DNA of 64,000 nt from Syntrophales bacterium (GTDB taxonomy: Bacteria > Desulfobacterota > Syntrophia > Syntrophales > PHBD01): NCBI GenBank assembly GCA_963668175.1, contig OY764159.1, positions 3,552,001 to 3,616,000 on the forward strand. The letters are read 5' to 3'. This document shows positions 18,821-27,405 of this stretch, in pieces. How positions within the stretch are numbered: the first letter of the stretch is position 1; each line of letters starts with the position of its first letter. The translations under genes were made by a program, and so were the position numbers. The notes below the pieces were generated by a model that worked only from the letters and a program-made list of their open reading frames with translations, did not search any database and was not told the origin of the DNA.

Positions 18821-20323
18821 ATGAACGATTCACGTCTCTGGATGAAGAAACTGGCGGACCATTACCGCAGCGTCACCCGCCGCTTTCCCGAAGCAAAACA
18901 CATGATCGTCTTCGACATCGACGGCACGATCCTCGATTCGCGATACATGATCCGCCGCACCCTTCAGTCCTTCGACCGCCATCACGGGACGGAATTCTTC
19001 AGAGACCTCTCCGTTGCCGACATCACCTTCCCCGAAACAGTCCTTGCAGACATCCTGGTATCCCTCGGGCTTCCGGGAGACCGGCAGCGGCAAATCGTCG
19101 CCTGGTATACGGAACACGGCTGGTCGGCCGAATCGGTGCTGGAAGCCCATCGTCCGTTTATCGGCGTGATGGAGGTCATCCGGTGGTTCCAGATTCAGCC
19201 CAATACCCTCGTCGGACTCAACTCCGGCCGGTCCGAGTCGGTCAGGGCGGAAACCCTTTGCTGTCTCAACAAGATCGGAAGGCGCTTCAAGGTCAACTTC
19301 ACGAACGATCTCCTCTATCTGAACCGCAACGGCTGGGACGGCGGGGTCATCGAATCCAAGCTGGAAGGCATGCTTCATTTCCAAAAGGCCGGCTACCGGC
19401 TGTTCGCCTTTGTGGACAACGAGCCGGAGAATCTCGAGGCCGTCGCCTCCATGGACAGGCGGCAGGAGATGATGCTCCTTCACGCCGACACGATCTTTCG
19501 TTCGCAAAGGATGCTCGTACCGAATCGGGCCGTCAGCGGCGACCGTTACGACGTGGCCGAGCTCTTCGCCGAGCATTCGCTGCCCGGCCACATCCAGTTC
19601 GTGTGGCACTCGATCAGCGGCAGGGATAATTTCCTGCGGTTTCTCGCATCCAACGTGCAGTGGGCCGAATTTCCCGTCCGCCTCGGCTACGACGGCAACC
19701 ATCTCGTCATCCGCAACGATTCATACGATGGCGATCTTCCGGAGTACGAAAGTGATGTCCTCTATTTGAAGAAACTTCTTCCCGAGCTTTCCGCAAAGGA
19801 AAAATCGATCAAGATCGACATGAAGGAAGAGACTTTTCCCGTCGATCAACTCATCGATCTTCTGAAACGTTGCGGCTACGACGACAGCCGTCTGTGGTTC
19901 AACGGCAAGATCGAAGCCTTGAAGGAAAAAGGGTTTCGGAAGCTGGCGGCTGCATATCCCCGGGCGATTCTCCAATGCCCCGTCGACGACCTGGTGCCCC
20001 TGATGCTCGGCAGCCCGGCGACCGCCCTGTCCGTCCTCGATACGTTCCGGTCGTGGGGCATTAACCGGGTTTCCCTGAGCTGGAAGACACCGTTCCTGGA
20101 AGCCGCTCTGGAAAAGCTGGAGCGCTGGGGCTTCGAAGTCAATATCTACAATGTGCCCGACCTGGAATCGTTTCTTTCGGCCGTCCTGATGCTTCCCCAA
20201 TCGATTACTTCGGATTTCAACTTTACGCCCTGGCTTCAGGAATCAACAAAATTCCGGGGAAGACATACCGCAAAGGAGTGCCATCTAAGCGGCATAATGA
20301 CACATCCCGGGACAGGAGGCTGA
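18821..20323 (+). CDS. HAD-family phosphatase fused to a PLC/GDPD-like (menorin-like) TIM-barrel domain
   Basis: N-terminal VFDIDGT, NSGR and FVDNEPEN HAD motifs. The C-terminal half has VWHS...WAEFPVR...SIKIDMK, resembling PLC-like phosphodiesterases (less certain). Confidence 0.65.
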   Translation: MNDSRLWMKKLADHYRSVTRRFPEAKHMIVFDIDGTILDSRYMIRRTLQSFDRHHGTEFFRDLSVADITFPETVLADILVSLGLPGDRQRQIVAWYTEHGWSAESVLEAHRPFIGVMEVIRWFQIQPNTLVGLNSGRSESVRAETLCCLNKIGRRFKVNFTNDLLYLNRNGWDGGVIESKLEGMLHFQKAGYRLFAFVDNEPENLEAVASMDRRQEMMLLHADTIFRSQRMLVPNRAVSGDRYDVAELFAEHSLPGHIQFVWHSISGRDNFLRFLASNVQWAEFPVRLGYDGNHLVIRNDSYDGDLPEYESDVLYLKKLLPELSAKEKSIKIDMKEETFPVDQLIDLLKRCGYDDSRLWFNGKIEALKEKGFRKLAAAYPRAILQCPVDDLVPLMLGSPATALSVLDTFRSWGINRVSLSWKTPFLEAALEKLERWGFEVNIYNVPDLESFLSAVLMLPQSITSDFNFTPWLQESTKFRGRHTAKECHLSGIMTHPGTGG

Positions 20324-21624
20324 TGATCAAGACCTTTATCCTCGACACCAACGTACTTCTCCACAACCCCGACGCCCTTTTCGCCTTTGAAGAAAACCGG
20401 GTGATCGTCCCTTTTGTCGTCGTTGAGGAGATCGATTCGCAGAAAATGAGGCAGGACGAGATCGGGAGGAACGCCAGGCTCGTTTCCCGGAATCTCGACG
20501 GCATGAGGGCCCATGGGCATCTTGCCGAAGGCGTGCGGCTTCCCTCCGGGGGAGTCGTTCAGATCGAACTGAACCATCAGAACCTGGACGCATTCCCTGT
20601 GGTTCTGGACAGGGGTAAGTACGACAACCGCATTCTCGCCGTCGCCTGCCATTTCCATAAGGAAAACCCGGGCAGAACGCTCCTGGTAACGAAAGATCTT
20701 AATCTAAGAGTGAAGGCCGATGTCCTCGGCATTCCCGCAGAGGATCTCTTCAAAGACACCGTCGATTACCCGCAGCTCTACGAGGGCGTCGGTCACCTGA
20801 ACGGAACGGCGGAAGACATGAATGCCCTCTATCGGGAAGGAGAACTGGCGCTGAGCGGCAGCGAATGCGCATGCCCCCATCAGTTCTTCGTTCTGAAGGA
20901 CCCGGACAGTCCTTCCCAATCGGCCCTGTGCCGCCACCTGGACGGCACTCTGTACCCTCTGAACTATGCCGATGCGGTCAACTACGGAGTCAAAGCCAGG
21001 AACAAGGAACAGAAATTCGCCCTGGAACTCCTGATGAACGACGATATCCGGGTCGTCACCCTGGTGGGCAGGGCCGGAACGGGAAAGACCCTGCTGGCGC
21101 TGGCGGCAGGCCTGACGAAGGTGGTCGAGCACAAGGTCTATCGGAGGCTCCTTGTCACCCGTCCGGTAGTCCCCATCGGCAACGATTTGGGCTATCTCCC
21201 CGGTTCCAAAGAAGACAAGCTCCGGCCCTGGATGCAGCCGATCTTCGATAATCTGGAATTTCTCCACGCCGACATTAAGCACCGCCGGCAGACGATCGAG
21301 CAGCTCATCGAAAACGGCACGCTGGAAATGGAGGCCCTGACCTATATCCGGGGAAGAAGCATTCCCAAACAGTTCATTGTCTGCGACGAAGCGCAGAATC
21401 TCACACCGGTGATGATTAAGACGCTCGTTACACGCGTCGGGGAAAAATCCAAGATCGTCTTCACCGGCGACCCGGAACAGATCGATAATCCTTATCTGAA
21501 CGCGGGCAGCAACGGTCTGACGTATCTCGTGGAAAAGATGAAAGGCGAGGCGCTGGCCGGCCATATCATCCTGAATAAGGGTGAGCGCTCCGCCGTTGCC
21601 GAACTCGGGGCGAAAATACTTTGA
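20323..21624 (+). CDS. PIN-PhoH family ATPase (YlaK/PhoH2-like)
   Basis: LDTNVLL PIN motif, GRAGTGKT, YIRGRS, DEAQN, GDPEQID. TGATG overlap with the upstream gene. Confidence 0.93.
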   Translation: MIKTFILDTNVLLHNPDALFAFEENRVIVPFVVVEEIDSQKMRQDEIGRNARLVSRNLDGMRAHGHLAEGVRLPSGGVVQIELNHQNLDAFPVVLDRGKYDNRILAVACHFHKENPGRTLLVTKDLNLRVKADVLGIPAEDLFKDTVDYPQLYEGVGHLNGTAEDMNALYREGELALSGSECACPHQFFVLKDPDSPSQSALCRHLDGTLYPLNYADAVNYGVKARNKEQKFALELLMNDDIRVVTLVGRAGTGKTLLALAAGLTKVVEHKVYRRLLVTRPVVPIGNDLGYLPGSKEDKLRPWMQPIFDNLEFLHADIKHRRQTIEQLIENGTLEMEALTYIRGRSIPKQFIVCDEAQNLTPVMIKTLVTRVGEKSKIVFTGDPEQIDNPYLNAGSNGLTYLVEKMKGEALAGHIILNKGERSAVAELGAKIL

Positions 21625-21642
21625 TTATGCAAGGAGGCTTCA

Positions 21643-22698
21643 TTGGATCATAACGGACTGGTTCTGTTCATACTGGCGCTTGGCCTGGCCCTGCTCTTTT
21701 CATGGGGGTTCAGGACATTGCCCCGGGAAGGCTGGCAGGTCATGGCCTGCATTCCCCGGGAAAGAAGGGGCGACGGCCTGTGGAACGGCGTGAATTTCAC
21801 CTATTACGGCTTTTTCAATGCCACGGCGAACGTTATGGCGGTTCTGCTTTTGATCGTCCTCCTCAGGTCGGTGCAGGTCGCTCCGGCGTTCATCTTCATG
21901 CTGGCGGCCGGCGGCCTCGGAATCTGCATTCCGGCGTCGAAACTGCTCGCCCGCTGGGTGGAAGGAAAGCCCCACACATTCACCGTGGGCGGCGCTTCGT
22001 TTGCGGGTATTCTCATCCTGCCGTGGACGGTGTTCATCCTCGACACATTCTTCCGGCGATTTTTGGGCGGTCATCTTCCCGTCATGACCGCCATGGCCGC
22101 GATCACGATCGCCTACAGCCTGGGAGAAGGTGTCGGGCGGCTGGCCTGCATCAGCTTCGGATGCTGTTACGGGAAACCCCTTTCCGCCGTCCATCCGCTC
22201 CTGAGAAGAATCTTCGCTAAATATTATTTCGTCTTCGACGGGCCGACCAAGAAGATCTCTTATGCCCACCATCTTGACGGGGAACCCGTGGTCCCGGTGC
22301 AAGCTCTCACTTCCGTTCTTTACACGGCCGCCGCTCTTCTGGGATCGTATCTTTTCCTTGCCGGCCTGCATGCCGCCGCCTTCGTAAGTACCGTGGCAGT
22401 CACCCAGTTATGGCGCCTTGTCTCCGAGTTTCTCAGGGCCGATTACCGGGGTGGCCGGGTCTTCTCCGCCTACCAGATCATGGCCCTCGCAGCGGTCGGT
22501 TACACCGTGTTCCTGATGTCGATCTTTCCGGAACCGGCGGCCCGCGGGGCCGACATCGTTACCGGTCTCGCATCAACCTGGAACCCGGTTGTCATCATAC
22601 TTCTCCAATTATTGTGGGCGGCTATCTATATCTACACGGGAAGGAGCCGCGTCACGGCCAGCGTCGTTTCGCTCTGTGTCGTCAGGGATAAGACTTGA
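21643..22698 (+). CDS. Divergent prolipoprotein diacylglyceryl transferase (Lgt)-family membrane protein
   Basis: YYGFF, GRLACISFGCCYG, WRLVSEFLRAD and many TM helices. AGGAGG RBS with TTG start. Confidence 0.75.
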   Translation: MDHNGLVLFILALGLALLFSWGFRTLPREGWQVMACIPRERRGDGLWNGVNFTYYGFFNATANVMAVLLLIVLLRSVQVAPAFIFMLAAGGLGICIPASKLLARWVEGKPHTFTVGGASFAGILILPWTVFILDTFFRRFLGGHLPVMTAMAAITIAYSLGEGVGRLACISFGCCYGKPLSAVHPLLRRIFAKYYFVFDGPTKKISYAHHLDGEPVVPVQALTSVLYTAAALLGSYLFLAGLHAAAFVSTVAVTQLWRLVSEFLRADYRGGRVFSAYQIMALAAVGYTVFLMSIFPEPAARGADIVTGLASTWNPVVIILLQLLWAAIYIYTGRSRVTASVVSLCVVRDKT

Positions 22699-22817
22699 CG
22701 AAGCTTCGGGATTCCGAATATTATCATAGAGGATGAAGGCGTTCCATCTGTTCATTTGTTCATTCGCATTCACAAGAAGGAACCAAGGAAATGCCTCACC
22801 GAGATGCTTTGCCGTGA

Positions 22818-23786
22818 ATGATCCTATCGCTTATCATAACCCGCAGATATGTGCGGACGGCGGCGGCCGTTCTGGCCGTTTTTGTCGTTTCCGTCTTTGC
22901 AGCTCCGGACATTCCATCCTCCTTTTCCTCCCGCCTGCCGTATGCGGCCTTGCTGGCGAAAGAAAAGAATCCCGCTCACCGCTGGTTTAAAAAAAAGAGA
23001 TTGACGAAGCTCCGGGGCGTCGTTCTCGTCGTACACGGCCTGAACCTGAGGCCGGAGCGCATGAAGGCCGTCATCCGCGTCCTGAACGAGGCCGGAATGG
23101 ACGTTCTTAACCTGTCCCTTCACGGTCACGGGGAAAATTATCTGCCCATGGCCGGATTGTCGGATAAAGAGGCCCGCCTGGAATCTTTCCGGCGTGTCAG
23201 TTACACCCTGTGGGCCGGAGAGCTTCGCGACGCCTATCGCAAGGCGCGGGAACGGGCCGATGAGAAAGGCGTTCCCGTCTATTTTGCGGGTTTCTCGCTC
23301 GGGGGGCTCCTGGGGTGTGATTTGCTGGCATCGGATCGCGACGTGTCGTTCCGGCGCATGATCCTCTTTGCCCCGGCTCTCAACGTCATGATCGAGGCGC
23401 ACTTGCTGAAGACCTTGACCCCCTTCCCCAATCTGGTCATCGACAGCCTGTCGCCGCCCTCTTACCGGACCAACGACGGGACGCCCATGGCCGCCTATCG
23501 GGCCCTGTTCGAGGCCATCGCCCATCTTAAAGAGCAGAGTACCGACAGGCTCGATATTCCCACCCTGGTCTTCATCGACGAAAACGACGAATTGATCGAC
23601 GGCCGAAACTTGACGGAGATCGCCTGGAAAGGCCTCACGCGGTGGCGGATCGTGATGCTTCACAGAGACAAAGACGATCCCGGCCCGCAGACACTCTCTC
23701 ACCACCTGATCATCGACGAGGCCGGCACGGGAAGGGAGGCGTGGAAACGAGTCGAGGCGGAGATAAGGCGGCATGTCCGCGAATAA
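22818..23786 (+). CDS. Exported or membrane-anchored alpha/beta hydrolase (carboxylesterase/lysophospholipase-like)
   Basis: VHGL oxyanion motif, GFSLGG nucleophile elbow, DELID and SHHL acid/base candidates, hydrophobic N-terminus. Confidence 0.8.
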   Translation: MILSLIITRRYVRTAAAVLAVFVVSVFAAPDIPSSFSSRLPYAALLAKEKNPAHRWFKKKRLTKLRGVVLVVHGLNLRPERMKAVIRVLNEAGMDVLNLSLHGHGENYLPMAGLSDKEARLESFRRVSYTLWAGELRDAYRKARERADEKGVPVYFAGFSLGGLLGCDLLASDRDVSFRRMILFAPALNVMIEAHLLKTLTPFPNLVIDSLSPPSYRTNDGTPMAAYRALFEAIAHLKEQSTDRLDIPTLVFIDENDELIDGRNLTEIAWKGLTRWRIVMLHRDKDDPGPQTLSHHLIIDEAGTGREAWKRVEAEIRRHVRE

Positions 23787-23882
23787 AACAAACGGATGTC
23801 CTGCGGTTGAAGGGACAGCAGAAACCGCCATGACCGTGCTTCGGCCGAACGGAGAGGCAGGAATTTACCCCGCGGCAGGTCT

Positions 23883-24272
23883 TCAGGCGCAACGTGCAAT
23901 CAGGGAAAGCACCCTGGTTTCGATCAGGCCCCGGACACGCCGGAAAGTATCGTCATCCATATGAACAGGGTCAGGGATGGACCACTCCTCCCGCTGACCG
24001 GCGGGTATCAACCGGCAGACATCTTCGCATCCCATCGTTATGACGTAGTCGTAGAAATCGGCCGGCAGATCGGCAAGGGACTTGGTAAATTGCCTGTTGA
24101 GATCGCAGCCGATTTCATTCATCATGGCGACGGTTCTGGGATGAACCGCTCGTGACGGCGTCGATCCGGCACTGAAGGCAGCAATCCTGTCCCATCCGTA
24201 GTTTCGCGCGAAGGCCTCCGCCATCTGGCTCCGGCAGGCATTTCCCCGGCAGACGAACAACACTTTTTTCAT
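23883..24272 (-). CDS. arsC: LMW-PTPase-family arsenate reductase
   Basis: CRGNACRSQMAE P-loop, SAGS, TMGCEDVC, WSIPDP. Confidence 0.85.
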   Translation of the reverse strand: MKKVLFVCRGNACRSQMAEAFARNYGWDRIAAFSAGSTPSRAVHPRTVAMMNEIGCDLNRQFTKSLADLPADFYDYVITMGCEDVCRLIPAGQREEWSIPDPVHMDDDTFRRVRGLIETRVLSLIARCA

Positions 24273-24343
24273 GGTTTGCCTCACGCGATCCGGAAACCGT
24301 CTTCTTCGTTTCCGGAGAAAGGTTGTCCCGAACATCCATGTTT

Positions 24344-26662
24344 TCATCTCTGCCGCCGGTCGCGAACGTAGACACTGCCCGGCTTCGATTTCGCATATTG
24401 TTTTAACTGGGCCATCTTGGCCGAGATCTCTTTCATGTCCTTTCCGGTTCCGGCCGTGCAGTCGAGAACGGCCATGGAAACGGATACAAAAGGAAACCAT
24501 TTTTCATTGCCGGACCGGTCCAGGGCGAAGATGCCGCCTGCCGCCCTGTCCTCGGAGCTGTAAAGACGGTCGATATGCTTGTCGAAGCTTTCGATGACCT
24601 TCCGGCAAAGTGTATCCACATGCTCGTCCGTGGTGAAAATCAGGAAATCGTCTCCGCCGATATGGCTCAGAAAATCATCTTCGCCGCCGTGATGCTCCAC
24701 GGTCTCTTTCAGAAGGTTGGCCGTATAGAGAATCACTTCATCGCCTTTTTCGAAGCCGTACTTGTCATTGTACGATTTAAAATGATCCAGATCGATAAAG
24801 ATGATACTGAATGCTGCTCCCTGGGAGGCCCGACGCAGATGTTCCTGCTCGATGGCGATATTGCCGGGGAGCCCCGTGAGCGGATTCGCCCCTTTGGCAA
24901 GTTCAACCCTGATTCTGGTCATGGTGTCGAGGAGCGTCTGGACGGAAACGACCCCCTGCATGAGGCCGGTTCTCGTGACGATGATGTTGTCGTAGAGCTT
25001 GATTTTATTCCGGCTCATGGCGGCCTGCGAAACCAGTTCAACAGGGGCGCAGTGGTCGACAATCAGCGGCAGCTTATCCATAATCCTGGCAATAGGTTTT
25101 TCGTAATAGAGGGCGACGCCGTACTTGCGGCCGAGGTGCCTGTCCAGGTGCTGCCTCATGACGAGACCGCACGGTTTTCCGGCTTCGACGACGACAATGC
25201 CGGCCAGGGAGTTGTCGGCGTCAAAAATGGTCTTGACGTCTTTAACCGGCGTCTGCTCCCCTATGGTAATCGCTTCATCCACAATATCTCCGATAGGAAA
25301 GGCATGCTTGAGGAGACGATAGCGGCCGTTATTGACGAAGTGGAGCGTCTTCAGATACGTTTCCCGCGGCGCAGCCTGTTTGGACCGGAACGGTTTACCG
25401 AAGAAATATCCCTGACCGTAATGAACGCCGATATTGGCCAGGGCGGCCAGTTCGCCTTCCTCTTCGACGCCTTCGGCGATGATTTCGCAACCGATTTTCT
25501 CGGAGAAGGTTACAAATGTTTCCATCAGGGCCGTCTTGACCCTGTCTTTATGAATACCCCTGACCAGGGACATGTCGATCTTGATATAGTCGGGCCGGAT
25601 TTCAGCGATGGACTGAAGCGAGGAAAAACCGGAGCCCACGTCGTCCAGGGCCACGAGGAATCCCTGGTCCCGGTAGTTGGCAAGCGTCTTGTTCAAAGCG
25701 TTGAAATCGGTAATGTGATGCCGTTCCGTAATCTCGAAAACGACGTTTTTCGGTTTCATGCCTAAGGCATCGATTAGTCCAAGGGTTTCATCCTCGACGA
25801 AGTGAAGGTCGTTGACGGTCTTCGGATGGATATTGATGAAGACCTTCTGGTCCGGGCCAACCTCACCCAGACCGTTGAGGGCCGATTCGCGGCATATTTT
25901 CTCCAATGGAAAGAGGAGTCCTTCTTCCTCGGCAAAAGAAAAGATAACGTCAGGCCGGTGGAAATAACTATCCTCCGGTCCGCGCACCAAAGCTTCCCAG
26001 CCGAGGACAGCGGCGGAACGGATGGAGATGATGGGCTGGTAGACCGAATGAAACCCGCCCTCTTTGAGTAAACGTTTAAACTCGGGAAGATAGCGAACGG
26101 ATTGCATGTTGATGAACCCCTTGGCAATGGCATAGGCCTTCTTTGTGGCGTTATACAGCATAAGTTCCGTATTGTTCCTCTTGTCCGTGATGACGGCATG
26201 ACCGATATGAATATCCATGTCCCGCCCCGTCAGCAAACGGAACTCCTCGTTCATGGTGTCCTTGATCTGCCTGCGGTAGGCAACGGCCGAGTCTTCCAAT
26301 GTGCCCAGCGTCGGCGCCCGATCGGCTTCCGTGATAAGAATGAAATCTTCGCCCCAGAGGCTTTCAGCCGCGAGAATGCTTACATGGCGCCGGGAGAGGA
26401 TCCCCATGCCGTGAATCAGCGTATCCTTGAAAAGGCCGATAATACGATCGGCAATGTCCATTCCCGCAGCGTTTTCTATTTCGTGAAGCCGGGCGATATC
26501 GAAATAGAATAAGACGACACACTTCCCTTCCTCCAGACTGGCCGACATTTTCCGAAGTAAGCCAGGATCATGGCGGATATTGCTTCGCCCCAGACCTTGG
26601 ATCAGCCCATTGCCGGAGTTGATGTTATGTATATGGATTCCTTCCGCAAATGTATCTTGCAT
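24344..26662 (-). CDS. c-di-GMP signalling protein: degenerate GGDEF + EAL + CBS pair + GGDEF
   Basis: WGEDF, WEALVR, DDVGSGFSS, AEGVE, QGY, CBS-like region, NPLTGLPGN and IGGDDF. Confidence 0.9.
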   Translation of the reverse strand: MQDTFAEGIHIHNINSGNGLIQGLGRSNIRHDPGLLRKMSASLEEGKCVVLFYFDIARLHEIENAAGMDIADRIIGLFKDTLIHGMGILSRRHVSILAAESLWGEDFILITEADRAPTLGTLEDSAVAYRRQIKDTMNEEFRLLTGRDMDIHIGHAVITDKRNNTELMLYNATKKAYAIAKGFINMQSVRYLPEFKRLLKEGGFHSVYQPIISIRSAAVLGWEALVRGPEDSYFHRPDVIFSFAEEEGLLFPLEKICRESALNGLGEVGPDQKVFINIHPKTVNDLHFVEDETLGLIDALGMKPKNVVFEITERHHITDFNALNKTLANYRDQGFLVALDDVGSGFSSLQSIAEIRPDYIKIDMSLVRGIHKDRVKTALMETFVTFSEKIGCEIIAEGVEEEGELAALANIGVHYGQGYFFGKPFRSKQAAPRETYLKTLHFVNNGRYRLLKHAFPIGDIVDEAITIGEQTPVKDVKTIFDADNSLAGIVVVEAGKPCGLVMRQHLDRHLGRKYGVALYYEKPIARIMDKLPLIVDHCAPVELVSQAAMSRNKIKLYDNIIVTRTGLMQGVVSVQTLLDTMTRIRVELAKGANPLTGLPGNIAIEQEHLRRASQGAAFSIIFIDLDHFKSYNDKYGFEKGDEVILYTANLLKETVEHHGGEDDFLSHIGGDDFLIFTTDEHVDTLCRKVIESFDKHIDRLYSSEDRAAGGIFALDRSGNEKWFPFVSVSMAVLDCTAGTGKDMKEISAKMAQLKQYAKSKPGSVYVRDRRQR

Positions 26663-26721
26663 CGCCTCATCCTTTTATGTCTGTTCTTGTTATACGGCGT
26701 GGTTGATTTATGACCGATGAA

Positions 26722-26760
26722 TATTGCAGGCATGTGACGGCGGAATGATAGTTTGATGAA
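26722..26760 (-). promoter_or_regulatory. Pho-box-like array upstream of the EAL/GGDEF gene
   Basis: Minus strand reads TTCATC aaact ATCATT ccgcc GTCACA tgcct GCAATA, 11-bp period. Confidence 0.65.
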
Positions 26761-26928
26761 TTTTTCACACCGGTGCATCTGTCTGACTGCGCCGGTGTCC
26801 CGGTTGCAACGTAGGGATAATGAGATAAAATATAGCTTTTACTCACGGATCTGGGGAGGGACTTTGGGCGGTCGTTTATAAATCGCGGAAAGACAATGAT
26901 CTACCATGTTAAATTGTAATTCAATCTA

Positions 26929-27405
26929 TTAATCGGGAGACTCACTAAGGACATATCTCACCTTCAGATCCGTATCCTTGCGAAGAGAATTGTAAACGGA
27001 ACAGTACGTGTCGCGCGACAGGGAAACGGCACGATCCACTTTTTGAGCATCGATATTTCTTCCCGCAATATGCAGGACAATTTCGATAGCCGTATAATAC
27101 TGCGGCGGGGTCGGATTTCTTTCTCCATTGATCTCTGCTCGAAACCCCGTAAGCGAAACGCGCATCTTTTGCAGTATGGTAACGACATCTATCGCCATGC
27201 ATCCCGCCAGGCTCAGGAGCAAGGCTTCCATCGGCATGCATCCTTCCTCGGCAAGGGCGTCGAATTCTATTTCATATCCCCGCTGCGTCGAACCGAGAAA
27301 AACGAGATCGCGATTCCACGTCAGGACCGTCTTTGCAGCGGGAGCGGTCTTTTCCTTATAGCCTTTCAAGGATTCTTCCTTGAAATCATTCTCTTTTGTC
27401 GACAT
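26929..27405 (-). CDS. OsmC/Ohr-family protein (YhfA-like)
   Basis: PMEALLLSLAGCMAIDV ... YCSV with two conserved Cys. Overlaps the dsrP 3' end. Confidence 0.88.
   Translation of the reverse strand: MSTKENDFKEESLKGYKEKTAPAAKTVLTWNRDLVFLGSTQRGYEIEFDALAEEGCMPMEALLLSLAGCMAIDVVTILQKMRVSLTGFRAEINGERNPTPPQYYTAIEIVLHIAGRNIDAQKVDRAVSLSRDTYCSVYNSLRKDTDLKVRYVLSESPD

Noticed and set aside
22749..22774. TTCAT/TTCAC repeats upstream of the alpha/beta hydrolase as a fifth Pho box
   Set aside because: Spacing is 8 and 10 bp rather than 11, and there is no terminal GCAA unit.
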